Source: a virus (lineage: Duplodnaviria; Caudoviricetes). From it: a DNA stretch of 57,262 nt. A model generated the notes under the pieces. It worked only from the letters and a program-made list of their open reading frames with translations, was not told the origin of the DNA and searched no databases. Both the position numbers and the translations under genes were made by a program. Positions 38,165-47,694 of this stretch are shown here, piece by piece. The number at the start of each line of letters is the position of its first letter. Position 1 is the stretch's first letter. The stretch spans positions 1 through 57,262 of IMG/VR virus record IMGVR_UViG_3300030519_000020. One strand, written 5' to 3'.

Positions 38165-39706
38165 ATGGCTGGACTGGGCGATATTACATCGGCACTGGGC
38201 GGGATCGGGGAGGCCATCAACGGGGGCGTCTCTGGATACATCGAGGCCAAGAAAGAGAAGCGGGTCACTGATCGCCAGGATCAACTGTGGAATGAGCAGC
38301 AGGACGAGAAGGCGGTCCAGGATGTAACGGATGCTGGGAACGTAGCCAATTTTAGGTCCAAGGACATCAACCCGATCTATCAGGTTGACCAGCATTGGGG
38401 AGGGCTAGAAAATCCTGCGCCGCAGGGTGCAGGGACCACGCAAACGGGATCCTCCCCACAGGTGCCCGCCCGGACGGTAAAGGCTGCTCCTGCGGCTCCC
38501 CAGGGCAGTTTGGCCCAGGCTGTGGCGCAGCGGCAGACGCAAACGGCAGGGGCACAACCCCAGGCAATGGCTACTGCCCAGCCTGTCGCCCAACCCCAGC
38601 AGGAAGCTCCGGCCGTGCCTCCCCCGGGGTGGGAACCTTCCGACCCGGCCCTGAAGGGTCTGAATACCAAATACGAGAAGGCGCGGCAGCAGGCGGATGA
38701 AGACTTGGCTAAGATCGATGCCATGGCCGGGAACGATCCTGCACGGAAGCAGCGGTTGTATGCAGCCTATTACCGGTTGAACAAGCCGAAGTTTGATGAC
38801 CTTCAACAGGAATTGATCGACTACAACAAAACAAGGGCCCAGGCTTATCAGAAGAAACGGGCCATCGACGGGATGGAGAAATGGTTCTCTGATGAGGGGT
38901 TGGGTAATACCTTCGGGCAGGGAGCCAGAAAAGAGGGGAATACACTAGTCCTACCTGATGGCAAGACGGGGATGATCCTCCAAACTCCACTTATCTGGGC
39001 TGCCTACAAGCAGGGGATTGCCACAGAGAAAGAAGTTATGGATGCATGGGGGAAGGACACCAAGAATGCCGAAGACCTGATGTCCAAGAGCAAGGAAACG
39101 GCTGTTGAAATTGAGAAGATGAGAGAGCAGAACAGACTTCAACTTGCCCAGTTGCGGGCACAGCGAGATCCCAAGGCAGACATGGCCCAGAGGGTGTATG
39201 CGCTACATCGGCACATGGGCGAAGACGACGCTACCGCAACCAGGGCTGAGGCAAGTTTCATCGAACATGGAGATAAGACCGACCTGGACAAGCTCAAGGA
39301 AGATGATATGGAACAGACTCGGGCTGGAAAACGGGTTGACAGTGTTATGAAACAGTTCGCAGACATCGATGGTGGCTATGACGAGAAGAAGATGACGCCT
39401 TCAAGGACATTAGCCATTTACAATTCGATGATCAAGACGGACAAACCTGGAGCGGCGGCCTTGTACCTTAGGCTTCCGGACCCCAATCGTGCCGCCATCG
39501 ACGCGCAGAACGCACAGGATGCCGGTGCCAACCGCCCTGGCTCCGGGCAGTCTCCGACTGCCAAGCCTAGTCAGGTCAAGAGCCCGTTCCAGAAGCCATC
39601 GACTGGGCCAACCGTAGGATCGTCTACGAAACTCAAGGACGGTGCATACACCGTCAACGGGAAAACGGTCACGGTGGCTGGTGGCAAAGTGGTTAAAATT
39701 AGCTAG
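38165..39706 (+). CDS. ejection (internal virion) protein 2
   Basis: Gly-rich N-terminus, helical, Q/A/P linkers; position. Confidence 0.7.
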   Translation: MAGLGDITSALGGIGEAINGGVSGYIEAKKEKRVTDRQDQLWNEQQDEKAVQDVTDAGNVANFRSKDINPIYQVDQHWGGLENPAPQGAGTTQTGSSPQVPARTVKAAPAAPQGSLAQAVAQRQTQTAGAQPQAMATAQPVAQPQQEAPAVPPPGWEPSDPALKGLNTKYEKARQQADEDLAKIDAMAGNDPARKQRLYAAYYRLNKPKFDDLQQELIDYNKTRAQAYQKKRAIDGMEKWFSDEGLGNTFGQGARKEGNTLVLPDGKTGMILQTPLIWAAYKQGIATEKEVMDAWGKDTKNAEDLMSKSKETAVEIEKMREQNRLQLAQLRAQRDPKADMAQRVYALHRHMGEDDATATRAEASFIEHGDKTDLDKLKEDDMEQTRAGKRVDSVMKQFADIDGGYDEKKMTPSRTLAIYNSMIKTDKPGAAALYLRLPDPNRAAIDAQNAQDAGANRPGSGQSPTAKPSQVKSPFQKPSTGPTVGSSTKLKDGAYTVNGKTVTVAGGKVVKIS

Positions 39707-39718
39707 ACCGGAGGAATC

Positions 39719-42700
39719 ATGGCCGATAATTGGGAAGATCAGGCCGTGCCGATTCAGCCGGACGCAGGTTGGGAGTCTCAGGCGGTCCCAGTCAAAGCCC
39801 CCACCACACAGCCGGTCACTCCTCGCCCACCCGCTCCGCAAGGGACGGGTACCGTTTCTGCCCTATCTCCAGAGGAATACCAGAAGGTGGAGTCCCAGGC
39901 GGAACGTGCTGGTACTCCCCTCGAACGGGCGCAGGGGCAGGGTGGGTCGATAAAGACGCTCCCGAGGCGGGCCCAGGAAGCAGCAGCCTATGGGGTTGGC
40001 GCATCACTAGCGGCGGCCGCTGGTCTACCGGCTGGGATTCTTCACTACTCGGCGTTGCCAGCCTATGCGCTTGGCCTAACCAAGACTGGTGATGCGATCA
40101 ACAAGGTAGCCGATGCCATCACTCCTAGCAGCGCCCAGACCGAACTAGCGAAACAGGCCCCGAAGACGCCAGAAGGAAAGGTCATTGCGGCTGGGACGAA
40201 GTTCGCTACGGATGTGATCACGCTGGGAGCAGGCGGCAAGGTGGTCGCCAATACCGGGAAGATCCCCAAGTGGGCCATCCCTTCGTATTTCGCTGTCCAG
40301 ACGGCCGGGAATTCGGCATCCATGGCCCATGCTAGCGGCAAGGATGCCAGCCAGCCGATCCGGACGACCGTAGGCGCCACCTCTGAGGCGGCACTAGCCT
40401 ACCTCGCGGGTATGACTATTGGGAGGACCGTACCGGGACCCGAGTTCTCCAACCCACTGGCCACGGCCGGCGCACAGGTTGCCGGTGCTGGCGGGGTTGG
40501 GGCTGCGCTCCAGACAGGACAGAACCTCGTGGCCAAGGGGACGTATGATCCGGATCGTCCGCTCATGGCCAATGTCTGGGAGTCAGCAGCCATGTTCGGG
40601 GCTGCGTCTCTGGCTAACACACTGTCCCAGACGAGCAACCAGCGGGCAACGATGTTGGAGCATCCCCAGGGTCCTGAAGCCTACATGAAGGACTTCAAGA
40701 CGGCCATGGACAGCGCCGATGCTGCTCACGAGGAAGGACATTTGAAGAACGCGCCCTATCAGGGGATGAAGCGAGCCTATTCCAGATCCCAGGCCGTGTA
40801 CAACCAGTTGATGAAGACTGCGGCCGGTAAGGAGGCCCAGGCCAAGGCGGCGGCAGCGGAGGAGTTCCCTACCGTCAAACAGTTATTCCCAGAAGGCAAG
40901 GGCCCCACACCCGAGCAGGAGGTACAAGATGCCCTACAAGAGCAAGGCCCAGCAGAGACTGTTCCACGCGAAGGAAGCGAGGGGGGGAATATCCCCAAAG
41001 GTCGTGAAGGAGTGGGACAAGGCCAGCAAGGGGAAGAAACTCCCAGAGAAAAAGAAGAAGCCCAAAAAGAGGTAGCTAAGCCTCCCGTCAAGATCGTTGA
41101 CCAGACTTCATACAAGGGGGTCCGCCAGGGCTCGCTCATGGGGCCGGATGATGAAATGATGGTGGCCAAGGACGCCAAGGGCAACGACATTGGCAAGCTC
41201 TGGGTCACGAAGAAACCGGATGGGTTCGAGGTTCGGAAGGTAGAAGTGGACCCGAAGAGCCGTCGCCAGGGCGTGGCTGAGCAGCTTTACGTGGAGGCAC
41301 ACAACCGGTATGGCGCCTACAAGGGCGCAACCGATCAGACCCCGGACGGGAAGGCGATGAACACCCGTTTGCGCGAGACGCATCCTGAGATTTTCGAGAC
41401 GACTCCAAAGGCATCGGAAGATACGATGGACATCAAGGCCGAGTTTGACAAGCCATTCCCGGACTTCGACAAGAAGGGAGATGACTACGGCTACCCGGAG
41501 AATCTAAAAGATGCTCACGATACTGCGCACCTAATGGCCCCGGAAGAATTAGACAAGTCCATCGAAGACCTAAAGGCATTTGAGGCGAATCAGGTAGATG
41601 CAACGGCTATCCCCGAAGCCACAAAGGGGAAGCTCAAAGAAGCCATCAACAAAGGGGATATGGCCCGGTATGACCGTATCCTGGAACATACCGACATGAG
41701 CACAGAAGACGATGCCCGCCTTGGGCTAGCCTATTTCCCCGGGAACCCTCTCACCCTCGAAGATGCAATCAAACTACGGAGGGAGATGGGGAACGATTAT
41801 GCTTCGGATGCTACCGATACAGAATTGAAGCGAAGTATTGGCGCTCATGTCTTTGCCCATGTCTCAGGTAGCGTTGGGTCTGATCCTGCCACCACGTATG
41901 CCATCGTCAACGATTTGAAGGAATACATAAAAAGGGGTGGTGATCTTAATTCTCTCAAGAGTGATCTGATCGCCCAAGCAAGGGGTAGGCATCTCGATCC
42001 CGAACAGGCTGAAGTCATGATCAATAAGTTCAGTGAGAATCTTGGGAAGGTTGGCATTTCGATAACCCCACAAGAGCGAGTGGACCTAGCGTCTCTAGAG
42101 AAGAAGGGCGATGCCTACATGGTTCCCCCTGACCAGATTGCCACCGATCCCGAACGTCTCCAGTTCCGCGACACGAAGGAGCCCGATCCTGGGCTAGTAA
42201 AGAAAGACGGGGATTATCTCGGCTGGGTGGATGAGTCTGGGAAACTGGTTGTCGTGGACGGGCACCACAGTCTCCCAGGCGCTATCGAGGATGGGAAGGA
42301 TATTCCCGTTAGGATGATCGAGGCGAAGGACTCCGAAACCGCTAGAGCCATCGGCGCTATGAAGAACATCGCGGAAGGAGATGCGAGCGGGCGGGATGCC
42401 CAGCGCTTGTTTGAAGAGACGGGGATCACTCCGGAAGAAGTGAAGGCGGCTGGGATCAAAGTGAAGACCCCTAAGATCGAAGCCAAGGATGAAGTCCCGC
42501 TCCCCAAGGAACCGCTCTACCGCCCTTTGGATGAAACCGAGCGTAAGGACGTGCTAGCTCAGGTGAAGGATGCTCTCCCGGAAGCGAAGCCGGCGAAGTA
42601 TGCTCCCAAAGTAAGCCAAGAGTCTACTGCCAAACGGAGAGAGATGGTCAAGGCCATCGAACCAGATCCGATGGTCCGGGCCAAAATGTATCGAATCAGT

Positions 42701-45265
42701 GGCATCCTGAACGGGGACGTAGACCCTACCGATGAGCAGATCAAAGCTGCTCAGAAACAGGTCCGCAGGAGCATCAAGGGCGTCCCCGCTCCACTCCAAG
42801 GCATCATTGACCGCGACCCTGAACGCGGGGCCATCCGGGTCGTGCTGCCCAAGGGCGAAGGGCTAGGGCCGGTGTTCGAGAAACTGGGGCGATTCTTTGG
42901 CAAGCAGGGCCCCCAGCGGCAAGGGCCGGTCCAGAAGGGGAGCGCCGTTGTTGCGCTAGCTAGGTCGCTGGACGCCAAGGGGATGCTGCAATTGCCCTAC
43001 GACCCGTCTAATAGGGTGATGCCCACAATCGCCAAATCGATGGTCACTGGTGATGTGCCTGCTCCCCTGAAGAACGGATCGGGTGCGAACCGTGACATAC
43101 CGGACATGGACACCCGAGCCAACCAGTTAGCTCACGGGCTCCGATCCCCGCACAAGATCATCGAGTCGATGTTCTCCCCTGGTGAAGGTCCGAACATTGA
43201 CCAGGAGTTTGTCTCGAACCACTACATCGTCCTTCAGAAAGCACTGACTGACTACGTGAATGGCGTCCATAAGCGGTATCAGATCCCTGACCATAGCGCC
43301 AGGATCGGGGCCGTTATGGACCCCTATCGGACTCAGATCCGCGACACTGAGCAGTGGTTGGTCCCGCTCATCAACACTCGCAAAGAGATGGAGACGATGC
43401 TTGACCAAGCCGAACGGCCAGGAACTTTGGCCAAGCGGCTTGAAGAATTTGACGAAGAAAACTCGGAGCGGATAGAAGAAGGCCGTAGCGCACTTCAGAA
43501 TCTCTACCGAGAGGCCAAGTTGAAGATCCAGGACTTGGCGCAGACGACCCCAGAGGTCCGCGTTGCCATGTATATGGAACCTCCCAAGAAGCGCCCGGCT
43601 TGGCTGGCTGATATCATCAAACCGAACGAGGTTGAAGCAGCGAAGGCGTTGCTCCGATTCACCAGCGAGGCCCGGGTTGCCGGTTCTCAGTTGGGTATCC
43701 CCATGCGCCAGGATGAATACATCACCCATCTATTCGCTCCGCAGGGGGCAAGCCGATTCACCAGGGACATGACCGGCGAGCAGGAACGCGTAGCGCGGGA
43801 CATCCTCGCCTTCCACCGTCGCCAGCCGGACAGCGTGAACCTGATGCCAAGCACTCATGCCGCGATGGCCTATTACGTCCCGACGATCAGTCGCAAGATC
43901 GCCACTCAACCCTTCCTGAACAAGTGGTATCAGGGCGGGAAGAATGTCTACCTGGACCAGAACGACTCCACCCACTATGCCCCCAATTTCGGCAAGTGGC
44001 TCCAGCAGCGCATCACTGAGATCGAACATCCGCCCCAGGAAACCGTGTGGGAGAAGGGATTTCAGGCGATCAAGAGCGCGGAGATTACAAAGGACATGGC
44101 GTTCAACCAGCGCGTCACGATCAAACACCTGGTCGGCAAGGTCACGGGCCTAGTTGCTTTGCACCACGCCTATCTGCTCCCGGCATCCAAGGATTTCGTG
44201 CTGCGCTTGGCCAGGAAGCCCGAGAACCTGCCGTTGGTCCGTAGCGCCTACGAGCGTATCACCGGCAAACCATTCGAGGTGGACAAGGACGCGAAGCTGG
44301 TCCAGGCGCTCACCACGAACCTGATATCTTCCCGACAGATTCGCAATGCGCTGATGGAAGATCCCCTGGTAGCTGAATACAACCAACCCATCCTGAACGC
44401 CTTCTTCGGGCGGTCAGTGCGCGGCATGGTCCAGCCGGTTCTGAACGTAGCGCAGAAGACCCGCAACATTCTGGGCCAGCCCCTGACGGCTGTGGAGGCG
44501 TTTGAGAACGAGTTGAACTTCCTGGCATCCGTCCACCAGGGGCAGAAGGCAAGGCTCACGCCAGAGGAAGACGTTCGCGGGGCTGTCCTAAACCTCCTGG
44601 ACTACTCGTTCCGGGGTGGGCATGACGCTTCCGCCTTCCTCAAGAGCCCTATGGGACGGATGACGGCGTTCTCCCAGACACCTACCAAGATGCTGGAGAA
44701 CTACGTTGACATCATCCGCAAGGGTTTCAACGGAGAACCGGACATCTACGGTTCGGCCGGTGGGGCTACCTTGATCCGTGCCATTGTGGCGGCGGGTGCC
44801 GTGTCTTGGCTCGGGGAACAATACGGCAAGAAGGCCGGGTTGAAACTCTGGAGGATGCTGCTCCATGTCCCGGTAGTGAACGAGGACTATGCATCGGATG
44901 CCCTTAGCTATGCTTACCACACTCTCATGGCGGATGCATCCAATGACCCGAAGCACAGGCGATCTGCGCTACTGGCCCACCGCCGGATGCAGGGCAACCA
45001 ACAGGGTGCGATGAACCTTTCCCCGGCCGGGGACATCCTGGAGGATCTGACCCGCCTCACCAATAATCCCAAGGCGTTCGTCAAGTCGTTCCCTGCCGTC
45101 AAGCAGATTGATTCAGAAGTGGGCAAGGTGCCCAAGGGCTACGAAGACACCTTGCACTATCTCTCCAATGCCCCAACCCCAGAGGCAGAGAAAAAGTGGG
45201 AACACATGCGGGAGCAAAAGGGCAAGGCCATGATGCGCAAAGACGAAAAGAGGAGCCGCCAGTGA
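39719..45265 (+). CDS. large ejection/polyvalent protein with GNAT-like and ParB-like domains
   Basis: 1848 aa, last gene of the virion module; VEVDPKSRRQGVAEQLY (GNAT); VVVDGHHSL..IPVRMI (ParB/Srx-like). Confidence 0.8.
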   Translation: MADNWEDQAVPIQPDAGWESQAVPVKAPTTQPVTPRPPAPQGTGTVSALSPEEYQKVESQAERAGTPLERAQGQGGSIKTLPRRAQEAAAYGVGASLAAAAGLPAGILHYSALPAYALGLTKTGDAINKVADAITPSSAQTELAKQAPKTPEGKVIAAGTKFATDVITLGAGGKVVANTGKIPKWAIPSYFAVQTAGNSASMAHASGKDASQPIRTTVGATSEAALAYLAGMTIGRTVPGPEFSNPLATAGAQVAGAGGVGAALQTGQNLVAKGTYDPDRPLMANVWESAAMFGAASLANTLSQTSNQRATMLEHPQGPEAYMKDFKTAMDSADAAHEEGHLKNAPYQGMKRAYSRSQAVYNQLMKTAAGKEAQAKAAAAEEFPTVKQLFPEGKGPTPEQEVQDALQEQGPAETVPREGSEGGNIPKGREGVGQGQQGEETPREKEEAQKEVAKPPVKIVDQTSYKGVRQGSLMGPDDEMMVAKDAKGNDIGKLWVTKKPDGFEVRKVEVDPKSRRQGVAEQLYVEAHNRYGAYKGATDQTPDGKAMNTRLRETHPEIFETTPKASEDTMDIKAEFDKPFPDFDKKGDDYGYPENLKDAHDTAHLMAPEELDKSIEDLKAFEANQVDATAIPEATKGKLKEAINKGDMARYDRILEHTDMSTEDDARLGLAYFPGNPLTLEDAIKLRREMGNDYASDATDTELKRSIGAHVFAHVSGSVGSDPATTYAIVNDLKEYIKRGGDLNSLKSDLIAQARGRHLDPEQAEVMINKFSENLGKVGISITPQERVDLASLEKKGDAYMVPPDQIATDPERLQFRDTKEPDPGLVKKDGDYLGWVDESGKLVVVDGHHSLPGAIEDGKDIPVRMIEAKDSETARAIGAMKNIAEGDASGRDAQRLFEETGITPEEVKAAGIKVKTPKIEAKDEVPLPKEPLYRPLDETERKDVLAQVKDALPEAKPAKYAPKVSQESTAKRREMVKAIEPDPMVRAKMYRISGILNGDVDPTDEQIKAAQKQVRRSIKGVPAPLQGIIDRDPERGAIRVVLPKGEGLGPVFEKLGRFFGKQGPQRQGPVQKGSAVVALARSLDAKGMLQLPYDPSNRVMPTIAKSMVTGDVPAPLKNGSGANRDIPDMDTRANQLAHGLRSPHKIIESMFSPGEGPNIDQEFVSNHYIVLQKALTDYVNGVHKRYQIPDHSARIGAVMDPYRTQIRDTEQWLVPLINTRKEMETMLDQAERPGTLAKRLEEFDEENSERIEEGRSALQNLYREAKLKIQDLAQTTPEVRVAMYMEPPKKRPAWLADIIKPNEVEAAKALLRFTSEARVAGSQLGIPMRQDEYITHLFAPQGASRFTRDMTGEQERVARDILAFHRRQPDSVNLMPSTHAAMAYYVPTISRKIATQPFLNKWYQGGKNVYLDQNDSTHYAPNFGKWLQQRITEIEHPPQETVWEKGFQAIKSAEITKDMAFNQRVTIKHLVGKVTGLVALHHAYLLPASKDFVLRLARKPENLPLVRSAYERITGKPFEVDKDAKLVQALTTNLISSRQIRNALMEDPLVAEYNQPILNAFFGRSVRGMVQPVLNVAQKTRNILGQPLTAVEAFENELNFLASVHQGQKARLTPEEDVRGAVLNLLDYSFRGGHDASAFLKSPMGRMTAFSQTPTKMLENYVDIIRKGFNGEPDIYGSAGGATLIRAIVAAGAVSWLGEQYGKKAGLKLWRMLLHVPVVNEDYASDALSYAYHTLMADASNDPKHRRSALLAHRRMQGNQQGAMNLSPAGDILEDLTRLTNNPKAFVKSFPAVKQIDSEVGKVPKGYEDTLHYLSNAPTPEAEKKWEHMREQKGKAMMRKDEKRSRQ
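40929..41075 (+). CDS. nested out-of-frame 48-aa basic protein MPYKSKAQQRLFHAKEARGGISPKVVKEWDKASKGKKLPEKKKKPKKR
   Basis: AGGAGGT RBS 5 nt before the ATG; +1 frame relative to the host gene; resembles the MP(F/Y)KSKAQ small phage proteins. Confidence 0.65.
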   Translation: MPYKSKAQQRLFHAKEARGGISPKVVKEWDKASKGKKLPEKKKKPKKR

Positions 45266-45461
45266 CCTGGACATCGTTCGCAGATTCCCCCCATGTTCCA
45301 CGGGCCGGGCTCTACCAATTGGCTATCCTTTCTGAAAACGGGGAAATTATCCCTGACCCTCGCCAGTTCTCTCTTGGTACGGGGTATTCAGTCCGATCCG
45401 TCCCCACCTTTTCAGCCTTCACCCACTGGCAACCGTGGTTTGACGAATAGCGAGGTCCGAC

Positions 45462-45767
45462 ATGCTCAGAGCGTTGACCCTTTCCGTAGTCGCCGTGATC
45501 GGTCACGCTCAGCAGCCAGACCAAGCGCAGAAGGCCCTGGACCAGATTTGCGCCACCATCGACCAAGCCATCTCTCTGGCCAAACAGCACGGGGATAGCG
45601 CGGTCATTGTGCAGATGGAAGACCCGCAATACGAGGGAGGTTTCAGCGACGGGTTCAAGGCGCTTGTGATCCTGCTCTGCCGGCGCTTTACATCTGAGGG
45701 TTACCAGATCGGCATCACCACAACCGGTCCCAAGGTCCAGATCCGAATATCCTGGACGGATGTGTAG
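45462..45767 (+). CDS. secreted hypothetical protein
   Basis: Signal-peptide-like N-terminus; GAGG RBS. Confidence 0.6.
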   Translation: MLRALTLSVVAVIGHAQQPDQAQKALDQICATIDQAISLAKQHGDSAVIVQMEDPQYEGGFSDGFKALVILLCRRFTSEGYQIGITTTGPKVQIRISWTDV

Positions 45768-45776
45768 ACAAGAAAA

Positions 45777-45798
45777 CGGGCCTCCAGATGGAGGCCCG
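45777..45798. terminator. terminator between the convergent arms
   Basis: CGGGCCTCC/GGAGGCCCG 9-bp stem; TTTTCTT tail on the minus strand. Confidence 0.8.
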
Positions 45799-45826
45799 CC
45801 CTTCGTCTATGTTTAGGAGGGATCGC

Positions 45827-46249
45827 CTAAGCCGAAGTAGCACTGTCCGCCGAGGCAGCGGAAGTGGTTGTAGCGGCCGCAATCTTCGCGGCGATGGTAG
45901 TGGTGCTCGTGGACGCGGCGAGTGCGGCAGCAGCAGCGGTAGCGGCGGCATCAGCCTTGACCCTGGCGGCAACAGCAGCGGCCAGTTCGGTCTTCCAGCC
46001 AGAGATCAGGCTGGAAACCTCGTCCCACCCGATTTCAGCGACCGCCTTGACATCCGCTTCGACGACCTTGGCATTTGCATTGACGGCCGTTTCGACCTTG
46101 GTGATATCGGTCTTCGCAGCGGCCTCGAACTTGGCCAGGTCAGCCTTGATGTTCTTCCGATCAATGATCAGCCAGACGATCAGGGCAACGATCAGCGCCG
46201 TGACGAATCCGGGGATCTGAGAAGATGCGGTTTGGACGATGGGTTCCAT
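45827..46249 (-). CDS. single-TM Ala-rich protein, moron-like
   Basis: GGAGG RBS; TM FVTALIVALIVWLII; own promoter and terminator. Confidence 0.7.
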   Translation of the reverse strand: MEPIVQTASSQIPGFVTALIVALIVWLIIDRKNIKADLAKFEAAAKTDITKVETAVNANAKVVEADVKAVAEIGWDEVSSLISGWKTELAAAVAARVKADAAATAAAAALAASTSTTTIAAKIAAATTTSAASADSATSA

Positions 46250-46389
46250 GTGTTCCTCCATGGGGATGATCCCCGGATGTATTGTAGCGCATTTGGGGAG
46301 ATAACCCCTGAACCTCACACTGTCAGGGGCCGCTTAGCGGGGCTAAACTGGAGAGGTTGATCCCAGGCGAACCATCCTGTCCTGCCCTG

Positions 46390-46418
46390 AATATACTCTC
46401 ACAGGCTGGCATGGTCAA
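46390..46418 (-). promoter_or_regulatory. sigma70 promoter
   Basis: TTGACC-17 nt-TATATT. Confidence 0.7.
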
Positions 46419-46447
46419 TATTTGGCTGAATTATTTTCTGGTTTTAG

Positions 46448-46515
46448 TGGAGCCGCCGGGGTTGGTTTGAACCCCCGACCTGGTCCTTCCCTTGGACATG
46501 TTCAGTTGACGCGGC
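46448..46515 (-). pseudogene. degenerate tRNA-like sequence
   Basis: GCCGC/GCGGC acceptor pairing, GTCC-7 nt loop-GGAC, AGGTC variable loop, GGTTCAAA, 3' CCA; D-arm missing. Confidence 0.5.
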
Positions 46516-46693
46516 GCTTCGCCCACTGGGCGAAGGTGTCCTTGAAGACCAGATTGGTGATCCCACATCTCGAAACGCGACCGGCGACCACCTCGTATTT
46601 TAGTTCCGAAGTGAACAGGGACTTAATGACCTTGCGCCGCTCTCCGGTCTGGCCTTCGTAGATGCCATCGAGTTCAATTTCATCGCGCTTCAT
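46502..46693 (-). CDS. hypothetical protein
   Basis: AAGGAGG RBS; TFAQWAKRRV ending. Confidence 0.6.
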   Translation of the reverse strand: MKRDEIELDGIYEGQTGERRKVIKSLFTSELKYEVVAGRVSRCGITNLVFKDTFAQWAKRRVN

Positions 46694-46715
46694 CGGGCCT
46701 CCTTGTCCTTGGCGT

Positions 46716-47483
46716 TCACAGCAGTAGGTGGAGTAGAACCCCAAACGCGGTTCCCGCAGCAGCCCCGATAGCCCCCCAGGTGATGCGCTGTTTCTTGGCG
46801 TCCTTGATCTGCGCCTTGTCTGCGGCGATCACGATGTCCTTCTGCGCCCCAGCCTGTTCGCAGTCGGATTCGGCGGCCTTGGAATCAGTCAGAGCCGTGT
46901 CCAGAGAGTCGCCCCGCTTGGTCTGGTCGGTAACAGCCGTGGTCAGGTCGGATTCCTTCTGTTCGTGCAGGGTAACTTCCTGGCCCAGCGCATCGATTCG
47001 GGTCAGCGCTTCGGGATACTGCTTACCGTCCTGGATGAGCCCGAGCATGGACGGGGCCATCGTCAGCGGCCATCCCATCGTCGCCCCTATCTCACTGGGC
47101 GGGAACCCCTCGGTGGTGAAGTCTGCGGCAAGACTCTGGGCATCGGTTGGCAGACTGGACGGGTTGGTCACAGGTTTCTGCGCTCCCATCGCTGCGATCT
47201 TGGCCTTGAGTGTGGCGATAGTGGCGTCTTTGGCATGGGACAGGGCCAGGAAGTTCTCCGCGTCGGATTTGTAGCCATCAGCATCGGATTTGGCGATATC
47301 CCGGTCCTTGTCGGCGGAAACCTTCTGCGCCTCGAACTGAGCCGCCTTCTGCGTGGCAAGGGCGGCGATACCGGCCTGCTTCGCAGCGTCCACGGAGGCG
47401 TCGTGGCCTCGCACCAGCGCCCACATCAAGAGCAGGGCAAACACCCCGGCGATGACAGCGATTATCTTTTCACGACTTGTCAT
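46716..47483 (-). CDS. spanin-like membrane-anchored coiled-coil protein
   Basis: N-terminal TM, long coiled coil, C-terminal hydrophobic segment; downstream of the endolysin. Confidence 0.55.
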   Translation of the reverse strand: MTSREKIIAVIAGVFALLLMWALVRGHDASVDAAKQAGIAALATQKAAQFEAQKVSADKDRDIAKSDADGYKSDAENFLALSHAKDATIATLKAKIAAMGAQKPVTNPSSLPTDAQSLAADFTTEGFPPSEIGATMGWPLTMAPSMLGLIQDGKQYPEALTRIDALGQEVTLHEQKESDLTTAVTDQTKRGDSLDTALTDSKAAESDCEQAGAQKDIVIAADKAQIKDAKKQRITWGAIGAAAGTAFGVLLHLLL

Positions 47484-47694
47484 GATGGTCCTCCAGTTCT
47501 GGCAACCTGTTCACATACCCACAGTAGCTGCACCATCCTTGCCGGATTCCTTCCGCCTTTTGGATACCGCCATCTGCGGCTGGGCTCACATTGAACACCC
47601 TATCCTCCTTGCAGTTCCAGCAGCGGTGAAGGATTTGGGGTTCCCCATGGTTCTTCTGGACGCGAGGGTCCGGCTCCTTTAGTCTGTGGATCAA
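47470..47694 (-). CDS. small zinc-ribbon protein
   Basis: CWNC..CSYC. Confidence 0.55.
   Translation of the reverse strand: MIHRLKEPDPRVQKNHGEPQILHRCWNCKEDRVFNVSPAADGGIQKAEGIRQGWCSYCGYVNRLPELEDHHDKS

Noticed and set aside
13054-45265. Genome-wide TAG reassignment
   Set aside because: Long genes (788, 1068, 1848 aa) are intact under the standard code and TAG falls at plausible gene ends; at most local read-through.
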